63,553 bases of DNA, filler included, from Octopus bimaculoides (GCF_001194135.2; 5 parts of 4 records of this genome joined end to end with filler, not necessarily neighbours in it); one strand, 5' to 3'. Counted from the first letter of the whole stretch, positions 51,332 through 63,177 are shown. Made by a program: numbers and translations. Notes: generated by a model not told the origin, from the letters alone.

Positions 51332-52071
51332 TTCTCTCTCTCTATCTCTCCCTCCCTTACAAACACAAGTATTCACGCAAGCATTTCGCAGATGCACTTA
51401 TAAATACGAACATACATACCATATGCACAAATACACAAATACACACACAGACACACAAACACTCGTACGATCACCCACACACAAACACACACGCATATAC
51501 ACACACATACGTACATACACACGTATACACGAACGCACGCGCACACACACAATCACACACACACATGCTCGCGCACGTACACACAGCTACCCACACCCAA
51601 GTGACAGGCAACAGTCGTCGTGAGCAAAAGTGCAGAGACACGTGTACGGTTACTCCCTTCTCACCTGGCTGCAAGCTAAAAACGGTTTCATAAAAACGCT
51701 TCCAATTATAATATCCGCCATTATGTTGTTGTTCACGACCAAACCAGCACTTACAACGTTGGCAAATCTGTTACAATATTTGGTGGGGTTTCTATCTCTT
51801 TATTTCTTGCTTTTGTCCTTGTTGTTGTCGTTGTTGTTGATGATGATGATGATGATGATGATGATGACGATGGATATTGATGGTATTGTTGTCATTGTTG
51901 ATGTTGGGTTAGTGAACGTGACACGTGACTGACAATCCGGCACCGTCTTCGGTGGGTGATAAGAGTCACTGCCACATATCTGTGTCGGCTACTTTCGATT
52001 GATGTGTGTCATACGCACTTGGAACACATATCAAACACACACACACGCACGCACACGCATGCACACACACA

Positions 52072-52109
<38 letters not shown>

Positions 52110-52516
52110 TGGATTCGCGCACGCGCTCACACATACGCACATACACATATTGTATCCTTCAAATGCATTGGAGTGCAGTTGTTCCTTCAGATCTATCTAT
52201 CTATCTATCTATCATCTATTTCATTTTCCCCAAAACATGCATATATNNNNNNNNNNNNNNNNNNNNNNNNNNNNNNNNNNNNNNNNNNNNNNNNNNNNNN
52301 NNNNNNNNNNNNNNNNNNNNNNNNNNNNNNNNNNNNNNNNNNNNNNNNNNNNNNNNNNNNNNNNNNNNNNNNNNNNNNNNNNNNNNNNNNNNNNNNNNNN
52401 NNNNNNNNNNNNNNNNNNNNNNNNNNNNNNNNNNNNNNNNNNNNNNNNNNNNNNNNNNNNNNNNNNNNNNNNATATATATATCTGTAAAAATATGTCACA
52501 CTTATTCAGTAGCCAT

Positions 52517-52577
52517 GATAAAACTCCGAGTTTCGGATGCCAGGGTGGGAGCCCACGCCAACATCTCTTCAGTTATC
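52517..52577 (-). ncRNA. Near-intact type I hammerhead ribozyme motif
   Basis: GATAA-CTGAAGA-G[ATGTTGGCGTGGGCTCCCACCCTGGCATC]C-GAAAC-TCGGAG-T-T-TTATC; all core nucleotides are canonical and helices I, II and III can form. Confidence 0.75.
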
Positions 52578-52853
52578 CGGTCAATTGAAAATTGTGAAAA
52601 ATGTGAAAAATGAAAAATGAGTTCTAGTTCTAACATTTCACTAATTTTAATGCTGTATTTGTGGTGCATGATGATTTGTGGGAGGGCATATTTGTTTCGG
52701 ATTTTGTAGAGTTTATGTATGTATATGTATGTATGTATGTATGTATATATGTATGTATGTATGTATGTATGTCTATATAATGTAACTACATGTGGATTGT
52801 TGGGGATTTTATTCCTTCGTCTTCCTTTTCTCTTGGACTTTCCTATGTCTCCA

Positions 52854-52888
52854 GTTTCTGAAGAAGAGCTTTGCCCGAAACGTTAAAC
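52854..52888 (+). ncRNA. Minimal type I hammerhead motif with one helix II mismatch
   Basis: GTTT-CTGAAGA-A-GAGC(TTT)GCCC-GAAAC-GT-T-AAAC. Confidence 0.6.
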
Positions 52889-52928
52889 AACCTACCTTTC
52901 CTTCCCTGGGCGTCTTTTAATACTTTGC

Positions 52929-52972
<44 letters not shown>

Positions 52973-54639
52973 CATTGGTTTCAAATTTTAAAACATAGCC
53001 ACCAATTTCGGGGAAGGGTGTAAGTCGATTGCATCGATCCTAGTGATCAACTGGTACTTATTCTTTCGACCCCGAAAGGGTGAAAGGCAAAGTCGATTTC
53101 GGCGCTATTTGAACTCAGAACGTAACGGCGGACGAAATGCTGCTAAGCTTTTTGTCCGATGCAGTAACACAATTCCGCCAGCTCGCGGCCCTAATGTTAT
53201 ATATGCTATATTACAATATGCTGGGTTGTTCCGAAGATAAATTTCTGCTTGACCGACTCTGAGACTCGGTTTCAATACTTAGATAGTGCAAACCTAACAG
53301 TTTTTCTTTTCTTGCACACTTTTCATTTCGTCTACTCCCTAAAATATAAATCCTTTGTGACTAATTAAAAACACACCAATATTTTGGACTGATACACTCT
53401 CAAACTATAAGGGAGGGTTGATGAGGGTTGATGATATGCATTACTTTGTATTTTAAGCTATAAACTGGTAGTGTTCTTCGGACACAGATCAACTCCGTTA
53501 AGTAGCTCGAGAGTCGTGTAATTAACGAGTGTTTCAGTTATCTTGCGATATTCCAACAACAGCCAGCATCTATATCAACCCAATCTGTATGACTCCCTTA
53601 TCAGCCACCTCAATCCCAATCTCTTCCCAGACATGCTTGTTTCCCACCTCAACCCTTGGGTCCTGCCAACACTACCTTTCCCCCCTCCATCTCTATCCAT
53701 CTCCACCCAGCTGCCGTCATCCTACTGTTCACCTTAGGAGAGCTGTCAATCAGGCTGATCACATTTACATCACGCTATGTCTATCAATGCTTTTTATACG
53801 CCCCTCTACTAAGAGACCATCTGTCCTCTTTCTTTCACGACTTCAGATTAACCTCTACTTCCGCTATCCTGCCCATACGTCACCTCATCCCTTGCTATCC
53901 AGCTATCCTGCTACACGTCACCTCATTCTTTACTATCCTGCCGCAATTTACCTCATTTCCTGGCATCCTTCTTCAATTTACCTCAATCCCTGCTATCTTG
54001 TTGCATTTCAGCGCTCGCTTTATAAATCCTGCACCATCTCACCTTATTCCTTGACATCATGCTGCACTTACTTTTCTTCCTGCTATGCAATTAAAATCAC
54101 ATCCATTTCCTGGGACCTTATTACCAAGCGCTCTGCAGCTGTTCAGCGAATCCCTGTCTTTCCTTCTGCATGTTACCTCATTCGCACCTATCCTGCAAAC
54201 TCATTCCCACCTATCCTGTTCGCTATATATTGTCTGCTATATATTTCCATCCGATAGCACAAACATATCCACAAGGCGATATGTAAGCTCTTTCACGTCT
54301 TTAATGGTGCTACCAGCAGAGATTACGTTTTTATTTGGATTTCTACTTGTTTCGCTAGATGTATCTCATACGATATATCTTTTTCCAGTGAGGATATTAT
54401 TTATATCATCAAACTGCTTCTTTAGACAAATACATGTATATATACACACACAAACTCACGTAAGCGTGCGCACGCACGCACACACACGCACACACACACA
54501 CACACACACATAGTACAGTAGGAAATTGGAAATTTTTTGGCATTATTTATTCCCCATTACACGTGTTTCATTTGCTAATAGGAATTAAAAAGATTTAAAT
54601 GTTAAATAGGCAGTCAAGCGATAATGTGTGTGTGGGGAA

Positions 54640-54669
54640 GGGGGACAGACAGAGACACACAAACACACA

Positions 54670-54704
<35 letters not shown>

Positions 54705-54888
54705 GTATATATATATATATATATACGACGGGCTTCTTTCAGTTTATGTCTACCAAATCCATTCACAAGGCATTGGTCGGCCCGACGCTATAGTAGAAGA
54801 CACTTACCCCAAGGTGCCACGCAGTGGGACTGAACCCGGAACCATGTGGTTGGTAAGCAAGCTACTTACCACACAGCCACTCTTGCAC
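54640..54888 (-). mobile_element. SINE family A, 5' half
   Basis: Match to 12780-12979. Confidence 0.85.
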
Positions 54889-55152
54889 CTGAAAAATTAT
54901 TTCTTCTGCTGACGTAATTCACTCTTGAACAATTCCTTTCTCAGGAGTAAAAGTCGATGCCATCCCAAGACGATTTAATCAAATTGATTTTATATTCTAA
55001 CCGACCAATCAATGTCATAGTAAAGATTAATAATATCTTTATTTGGGTCGAGCTAGTCTATTGCTGTTCTGGAGTTTCGCCTGTGTGCTCAGAGTATAAA
55101 TTACCTGATGACCTTGTGAAACTCGCGACTAACTCGACCAAAATAAAAATAT

Positions 55153-55368
55153 TCTTTTCTATTCTAGGCACAAGGCATGACACTTTTGGGGAGGGGACCA
55201 GTCGATTAGATTTACACCAGTACGCAACTGGTACTTAACTTATCGGCCCCGAAAGGATGAAAGGCAAAGTCGACCTCGGCGGAATTTGAACTCAGAACGT
55301 AATGGCAGACGAAATAACGCTAAGCATTTCTCCTGGTGTGCTAACGTTTCTGCCAGCTCGCCGCCTTG
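55153..55368 (-). mobile_element. Full-length SINE family B
   Basis: Reverse strand GGCGGCGAGCTGGCAGAAACG (A box) ... GAGTTCAAATTCCGCC (B box). Further degenerate copies lie at about 45085, 47770 and 52975. Confidence 0.9.
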
Positions 55369-55539
55369 ACCAAAATAAAAATATTACACAGACACACACA
55401 TTATACACTATATCTTTAGTACACTGCGGCCATGCATGCATACATACATGCATACATACATACGTACATACATATATACATCGTGGCGTGACACAGTGTG
55501 ACAGGGCTGGCATTTTAAAATTCAGGTACAACAGAAACA

Positions 55540-55723
55540 GGAAAAACGAGTTAGAGAAAGTTGTGGTGAAGGAGTACAGCAGGGTTCGCCACCACCCCCT
55601 ACCGGACCTTCGTGGAGCTTTAGGTGTTTTCGTTCAATAAAAACGAACAACGCCCGGTCTGGGAATCGAAACCGTAATCTTAAGTCTGCGAGTCCGCTGC
55701 CCTAACCACTGGGCCATTGCGCC
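55540..55723 (-). mobile_element. tRNA-derived SINE family E
   Basis: Reverse strand GGCGCAATGGCCCAGTGGTTAGGGCAGCGGACTCGC...GGTTTCGATTCCCAGACC, followed by a non-tRNA body. Confidence 0.7.
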
Positions 55724-57473
55724 TGTGTGTGTATGTGTGTGCGTATGTTATTTGTTTTTATGTCTTACAAGTAAAGACAATCTAAGTTTAAACTTAGAGG
55801 TTACTGAATACTTTTTATTAAATCTTTCATAAAGATAAGGTTGACAGTAACTTCGAAATTTAATAAAGACACACATATATAAATGTTACACAGAGACGGT
55901 GTTAGGGACAGCTGTAGGAGGTAGTTAGCGATTGCAGAATTGGTACTGGTTGTGGTGGGTGACATTCACGATAGTATTAATGGCGGTATGGTGGTGATGG
56001 TGGTGGTGGTGGTGGTGGTGGTTGTGACAGCAAATTAAAAATCATTGCTGTTCGTACTTGCAAGCAACAACAACAACAACAACAACAGCAGTAGCCTTAG
56101 CAACAAGAACAACGAGCTCGCAATCATTTGTATTAATTGATAAATGTTGTCCTAAATAAGAAAAAAACAAAACAAAACAAAGTAACCAAATGTCAGAAGC
56201 GGTAATGATGACCAGAGACGAGATAGGGGTCAGTCAGTAGGGGTCAGCTAATAGGATCACATCGACAAAATGCAGACACGCAAATGATTGCACGCACACA
56301 TACATGCACACTCACATACACACACGCACGCACACACTGACATATACGCACACACACACACGCATGTACGCACACACGCACACACGCACACACGCACGCG
56401 CTTGCGCACACACACACGTATTTGCGAGCCGAACGAAGAAGCCTTTGCTAGAAATAACAACCAAGTCATCCTCAAATCACACACACACAACCTCTCTTAA
56501 AAAGAAAAAGGAAGTGAATATGTGGTTCTGCACACTCTAAAATGGACGGGATGGTCAAAGAATGCATTCAGTTGTAAGTCTGCCTGATCCATGTTGATCG
56601 AGGGTTAAACAATACCATCACCAAGACAGATCTGTTCTCTCTCTTTGGTTTTTATTCGCTCTNNNNNNNNNNNNNNNNNNNNNNNNNNNNNNNNNNNNNN
56701 NNNNNNNNNNNNNNNNNNNNNNNNNNNNNNNNNNNNNNNNNNNNNNNNNNNNNNNNNNNNNNNNNNNNNNNNNNNNNNNNNNNNNNNNNNNNNNNNNNNN
56801 NNNNNNNNNNNNNNNNNNNNNNNNNNNNNNNNNNNNNNNNNNNNNNNNNNNNNNNNNNNNNNNNNNNNNNNNNNNNNNNNNNNNNNNNNNNNNNNNNNNN
56901 NNNNNNNNNNNNNNNNNNNNNNNNNNNNNNNNNNNNNNNNNNNNNNNNNNNNNNNNNNNNNNNNNNNNNNNNNNNNNNNNNNNNNNNNNNNNNNNNNNNN
57001 NNNNNNNNNNNNNNNNNNNNNNNNNNNNNNNNNNNNNNNNNNNNNNNNNNNNNNNNNNNNNNNNNNNNNNNNNNNNNNNNNNNNNNNNNNNNNNNNNNNN
57101 NNNNNNNNNNNNNNNNNNNNNNNNNNNNNNNNNNNNNNNNNNNNNNNNNNNNNNNNNNNNNNNNNNNNNNNNNNNNNNNNNNNNNNNNNNNNNNNNNNNN
57201 NNNNNNNNNNNNNNNNNNNNNNNNNNNNNNNNNNNNNNNNNNNNNNNNNNNNNNNNNNNNNNNNNNNNNNNNNNNNNNNNNNNNNNNNNNNNNNNNNNNN
57301 NNNNNNNNNNNNNNNNNNNNNNNNNNNNNNNNNNNNNNNNNNNNNNNNNNNNNNNNNNNNNNNNNNNNNNNNNNNNNNNNNNNNNNNNNNNNNNNNNNNN
57401 NNNNNNNNNNNNNNNNNNNNNNNNNNNNNNNNNNNNNNNNNNNNNNNNNNNNNNNNNNNNNNNNNNNNNNNNN

Positions 57474-57838
57474 NTATTTCGTCTGTCTTTACGTTCTGAG
57501 ATCAAATTCCGCCGGGGTTGATAAATTAAGTACCAGTGAAACACTGGGGTCGATGTAATCAACTTAATCCCTTTGTCTGTCCTTGTTTGTCTCCTCTATG
57601 TTTAACCCCTTGTGGACAATAAAGAAATAAGAAACGTTAGCACGACGGGCGAAATGCTTAGCGGTATTTCGTCTGTCCTTACGTTCTGAGTTCAAATTCC
57701 GCCGACGTCTACTTTGCCTTTCATCCTTTCGGGTTCAATAAATTAAATACCAGTTGTGTACTGAGGTCGATCTGATCGACTGTCACCCTCCCCTAAAATT
57801 TCGGGCCTTGTGCCTAGAGTAGAAAAGAATATATTTGT
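57474..57838 (+). mobile_element. Head-to-tail dimer of two family-B SINE variants with different tails
   Basis: tatttcgtctgtc.ttacgttctgag.tcaaattccgccg occurs at both 57474 and about 57666. Confidence 0.75.
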
Positions 57839-57979
57839 AGTTCTTTGATGTTGTTTTTGTTGGTACCTTCCCGTTTTCTCTCTCTCTTTTTATATTGGTA
57901 TCCTCATCGCATCTGATATACTCTATGTTACTTTTAGTATTGCTGACCTGTAGTAGTAATAGCATTAGTAGTAGTAGTC

Positions 57980-58023
<44 letters not shown>

Positions 58024-58369
58024 TTTTGATGCTGTTTCTCTGAATTGATCGTTACTTGGTCATCCCTACCCGAATGCAGTTATTGTTTTTGTTGTTGCTG
58101 TTGTCCAGGGTCCATCTTTTGCTTATGTCGTCGTTGTTTTTGCTGCAGTTGTGGATTGTCCAAAACATTTATCGTATTAGATGGAGTCTGTGGCTTAATG
58201 CCATCTAATTATTCCCGGTCATTTGTCGGTAGTAGGGGGTTTTGTAGTAGGGGGTTTGGTAGTAGGGGGAGGGGGAGATCACATCAAAGGTTTCTCGTTT
58301 TGAGAAAAACAATTTGGCCATACTGATGACAGTATAAATCTACTTGATAATGAAACAAACGATTGACCA

Positions 58370-58412
<43 letters not shown>

Positions 58413-59471
58413 GTGACCAAGGAAGGTTCAGGGAGGTAGGAATACGTGTTTGTGTGCGCGTGTTTGTATGTGTATAATTATATAATTATACAATCATAAA
58501 CATACACATATATATACATATACGTACATGTATTTGTAGATATATATATACGCACACACATACTCACACACACACATAGACATACATGTACATACATACA
58601 TACATACATATATAAATACATACACACACATACATACATATATAAATACATACATACGCACATACATACATATATAAATACATACACACACACACACACA
58701 TATATATACATATATAAATACATACACACATGCACATATAAATACACACACACACACTCACGCACACACACATACACACACACACACACATATATATAAA
58801 TATATATACATATGTAGACATATGAAGCGTGAGTGAGCGAGAGAGGAGGAGAGAACGGAGAAAAGTGGGGTAGAGGGAGGGTGACTTAAAAGGAGAGGGT
58901 GAAAGAGTGGGATGGGGAGAGAAGGGGAGAAAGGTGATAGAGAGGGCGAGAGAGGTGGGGAGACAGAGGAGGGGTGGGGTGAAAATGGATAATTAGACAC
59001 TAAGAACGATGAGAAATGTTTATTACAGTTTATAAGAAGGAAGAATTGCAGAGATATGGCAAACAATCTTTTTAGCAGATCCACCCCCGCTCGCTCCGTC
59101 GCAACATACCACTGGTACTCAGCTGATCAATGAATAGAGGGGGTGACAAATCACATGTCATATACTCTGATGGGATTTGATCTGAGATCCTTGGGACATG
59201 AATAGCTACTTTAGTCATTTTAGACACTTTAGTCCATTTGGTCATCATTAGAATACTCTGCTGCTTCCAACAATGCCAAACAACAGACACCATGGAAGGG
59301 AGGCATCTACGTGGTTTTATGATCTGCTAGAAATAGCGGTCAGGTTTTCCAACATAGAAATATAAACTGAAGGATACATTGAATAATGAAATGCTCGCTG
59401 TAGCAAGAAATAAACAGATAAATATAGATTCGATGGTCAAGGATGAGAAATTCTCGGATCATTGCTTAGAT

Positions 59472-59768
59472 CAGGGGTTTTCAAACTGTGATCCGCGGAC
59501 CACAGGGGGTCCGCAAGGACAAGACAGGGGGTCCGTGAACAGCAAATACTTTTTATGGGCAATTTGATTTTATATATGTTTTTTAATCGAAACTTTTTAA
59601 TTGACAATAAACCTATTTGTTAAATACTGTTAAATAAATAAATGTAAAAATATATGTTATTTTAAGCAAATATTTATGTATAAGTTTCATAAGCATTTAT
59701 AAGGGGATCCCTAAGGTAAAGCCTGAAATATAAAGGGGTCCGCAAATCAAAAAGTTTGAAAACCCCTG
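59472..59768. mobile_element. hAT (Charlie-like) MITE, 297 bp
   Basis: Perfect 16-bp TIRs CAGGGGTTTTCAAACT; perfect 8-bp TSD GCTTAGAT (59464-71 and 59769-76). Confidence 0.92.
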
Positions 59769-60749
59769 GCTTAGATCAGTGGTTCTCAACTCGTTTGAGA
59801 TCAGGACGTTCTTGAACCCCTACAAATAATTGTGGGCGCGCCGTCAGTCCTGAGTGTGTTATAATATTCAAGTTGTATAATATTCAAGTGTGATAAGATA
59901 ACTCAAGTTGTGTACGGAATGTCATATACTTGCATCACGTCATCAGATAATATATAAAACGACTTCTGAATATGATAATCGTAGATCTTACATAACAAAC
60001 ATTCATAATGGTATAAGAAGAATTTACATAAAATTTCTTTTTAGTTTTCAATCCAAGTTACGTTGTGCATAAAATATTTATAGATTTAATTACGCCACCA
60101 ACGACATTACTTTGTGCAAATTAGTCTGGAAATTGCAACTAAGTTCTGGTTTGTGTCTGATTTAAACAGCGATTGTTATAAATTCTCTTCGTGGAGAGAA
60201 ATATGACGGGTAATTGTTTTCCGATATGTATACAACTAGCTATGAAACAGGTCAAGGTAATCTTTATTTTTCTGAAATGTGAAGAGAAGAACAAATATTT
60301 AAACTTGTTTACATTCTACAGCGATAGTTTTAAAACTAGTTTAACCGTATTAAATTTACCTTCGATGTTTTAATACACATTGTATCGTGCATAAACTATA
60401 TATTAATTCAGTAGTAAATATCATATTATATCCGTACTTATAGTGGTTGGACACCAAATATTCCTACGTGTTGTATCTAAAATGTTTTCCCTTTCTGCAC
60501 GAATAGCGAATGTAAATATCCAATAAAGATGATGAAAATGGCAGTTATATACCACAGAAGCTAGATATGTATTTAAGACAATATTTTCTCTCTTTAAAAG
60601 GCTGTTCCGGAAAAATACAGTTCTGAACGAAGTCACATACATAGTTTAGGAATTGGTTCTGTATATTACGCTGGGAAAATAATTGCTATTTTATATGGTT
60701 TACATAGGTGTAAAGATACGTGTATCTGTTTGTTTGTGCACGTATCCGC

Positions 60750-60793
<44 letters not shown>

Positions 60794-60885
60794 CTGTATA
60801 CGCTTAACAAGTTTAGATACGGAGAAAAAAGGTAAGAATATACTTTAAACGAAGCATAAATATCAATATGTACTTATTTCGTTCC

Positions 60886-60954
<69 letters not shown>

Positions 60955-60964
60955 CTATCTATCT

Positions 60965-61016
60965 GGGGGACGTCATAGATAACTTTAGGCCCATCACTCT
61001 GCTCAATGCAGACTTG
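60965..61016 (+). mobile_element. Start of an L1/Tx1-like reverse transcriptase domain, cut off by the contig end
   Basis: GDVIDNFRPITLLNADL (compare NxRPISLLNxDxK). Confidence 0.6.
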
Positions 61017-61116
61017 NNNNNNNNNNNNNNNNNNNNNNNNNNNNNNNNNNNNNNNNNNNNTTAATTAATTAANNNNNNNNNNNNNNNNNNNNNNNNNNNN
61101 NNNNNNNNNNNNNNNN
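61017..61116. other. Artificial 100-bp assembly spacer
   Basis: 44 N + TTAATTAATTAA + 44 N. Confidence 0.95.
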
Positions 61117-61521
61117 TTTTCTTATTATTTTTTGGGGTTTTTTCCATATTTTCTTCTCATTTTTTGTTTTTGTTTTCATATTTTCTTCTCATTTTTGTTT
61201 TCATATCTTCTTCTCATTTTTTGTTTTTTTTTTCCATATTTTCTTCTCATTTTTGGGGGTTTTTTTTCATATTTTCTTCTCATTTTTTGGGGTTTTTTTC
61301 CATATTTTCTTTTCATTTTTTGTTTTTTTTCCATATTTTCTTCTCATTTTTTTGTTTTTTTTCCATATTTTCTTCTCATTTTTTGGGTTTTTTTTCATAT
61401 TTTCTTCTCATTTTTTGATTTTTTTTCCATATTTTCTTTTTCTTTTTTTTTTTTTTCATATTTTCTTCTCATTTTTTGTTTTTTCATATTTTCTTCTCAT
61501 TTTTGTTTTTTTGTTTTGAAG
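61117..61521. repeat. T-rich ~30-bp minisatellite (CATATTTTCTTCTCATTTTTTG(T/G)nC) running up to the CEP131 acceptor
   Basis: About 13 imperfect copies; explains the Phe-rich ORFs. Confidence 0.9.
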
Positions 61522-61739
61522 ACATTGGAGAAGTTCCACAAGGAACGCGATGCCGTTGCGGATGTTGTGAGGCAGGAGTTTGTCGACAGGATTGTCGCGA
61601 CGGAAGAGGAGAGCCGGAGGACGAAGCAGGAGATGTCTGAGTTGAAGGCTCGGCACCGCATCGAGTTGGAACGGTGCCGGACGGAGATTGAGAAGACGAA
61701 GAAGCAGAAGGAGAACGAGTTGGATGACGTGCATGAGAG
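61522..61739 (+). CDS. CEP131: Centrosomal protein 131 (AZI1), penultimate coding exon: TLEKFHKERDAVADVVRQEFVDRIVATEEE...ELDDVHE(R)
   Basis: Acceptor ttttgaAG and donor GTGAAT; matches the CEP131 C-terminal VxRQEFxDRxxxxEEE...ELxxVHxR. Confidence 0.9.
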
Positions 61740-61959
61740 GTGAATGCGTTCATTTGCCATTGTCTTCATCATCATTGTCATCATCGTCGTCATCACAAAC
61801 GCAACTTTCATCTACAGTGTCGTCGCCATCATTGTCAGTGTCACACACCCCCACCACAATCATCATCATCATCATCACAAATGCAACTACCATGACCTCC
61901 ACCACTATCATCGTCATCTTTATTATTTTATTTTATTTTTTTTCTGTATATGCCCGCGG

Positions 61960-62273
61960 CATGTGTAAGAACTTTCGAGCGAGATTGTTGCCAGTGCCGA
62001 TGGACTGGCTCCTGTGCAGGTGGCACATAAAATACACCATTTCGAGCGTGGCCGTTGCCAGTACCGCCTGACTGGCCTTCGTGCCGGTAGCACGTAAAAG
62101 CACCCACTACACTCTCGGAGTGGTTGGCGTTAGGAAGGGCATCCAGCTGTAGAAACTCTGCCAAATCAGATTGGAGCCTGGTGCAGCCATCTGGTTCACC
62201 AGTCCTCAGTCAAATCATCCAACCCATGCTAGCATGGAAAGCGGACGTTAAACGACGACGATGATGATGATGA

Positions 62274-62330
<57 letters not shown>

Positions 62331-62333
62331 TCC
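61960..62333 (+). mobile_element. SINE family C with a (GAT)n(ATT)n tail; its 3' part is repeated at 62670-62897
   Basis: Family-C body; the two copies differ by one substitution outside the microsatellite. Confidence 0.8.
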
Positions 62334-62837
62334 NNNNNNNNNNNNNNNNNNNNNNNNNNNNNNNNNNNNNNNNNNNNNNNNNNNNNNNNNNNNNNNNNNN
62401 NNNNNNNNNNNNNNNNNNNNNNNNNNNNNNNNNNNNNNNNNNNNNNNNNNNNNNNNNNNNNNNNNNNNNNNNNNNNNNNNNNNNNNNNNNNNNNNNNNNN
62501 NNNNNNNNNNNNNNNNNNNNNNNNNNNNNNNNNNNNNNNNNNNNNNNNNNNNNNNNNNNNNNNNNNNNNNNNNNNNNNNNNNNNNNNNNNNNNNNNNNNN
62601 NNNNNNNNNNNNNNNNNNNNNNNNNNNNNNNNNNNNNNNNNNNNNNNNNNTATATATATATATATATAAACTACACTCTCAGAGTGGTTGGCGTTAGGAA
62701 GGGCATCCAGCTGTAGAAACTCTGCCAAATCAGATTGGAGCCTGGTGCAGCCATCTGGTTCACCAGTCCTCAGTCAAATCATCCAACCCATGCTAGCATG
62801 GAAAGCGGACGTTAAACGACGACGATGATGATGATGA

Positions 62838-62894
<57 letters not shown>

Positions 62895-62899
62895 TCCAG

Positions 62900-63032
62900 A
62901 GTGAAACAAGCCATTGTGAAGAAGGACGAAGTGGTGAACCAGTTGAAGAAAGAATATCAGGCTGCTGTGAAAAGGGCTGACCATCTTGAGGGTCTGCTGG
63001 AGCAACAGAGGAAACACCTTTTGGGAAAATGA
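62900..63032 (+). CDS. CEP131: CEP131 last coding exon: (R)VKQAIVKKDEVVNQLKKEYQAAVKRADHLEGLLEQQRKHLLGK*
   Basis: Acceptor gttccAG; phase 2 joins the previous exon; conserved AAVKRADHLExLLEQ; TGA at 63030-32. Confidence 0.92.
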
Positions 63033-63177
63033 CCCCTTTCATCACATTCACTCCACCAGCCCCACCAACCCCTTTTTTCCCCCTCTACAAATATATACAT
63101 TCATATATATTTACAAGCTGATGGTAAGTATTAGAGAACAGGATTTCTATGTTTGTTTCTGTTGTTGTATACTTTTT

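Noticed and set aside
55680-55723. tRNA-like heads of SINE families A, B, D and E
   Set aside because: A and B boxes are present, but I found no complete cloverleaf or acceptor stem and each continues into a repeat body. They are SINEs, not tRNA genes.
58045-58326. Cys-rich 93-aa ORF
   Set aside because: Derived from (TGT/TGC)n and (GTAGTAGGGG)n simple repeats.
60430-60480. SGWTPNIPTC, resembling the end of a Sushi/CCP domain
   Set aside because: Stops lie closely upstream and immediately downstream, and the possible exon would be only 29 nt with a weak donor.
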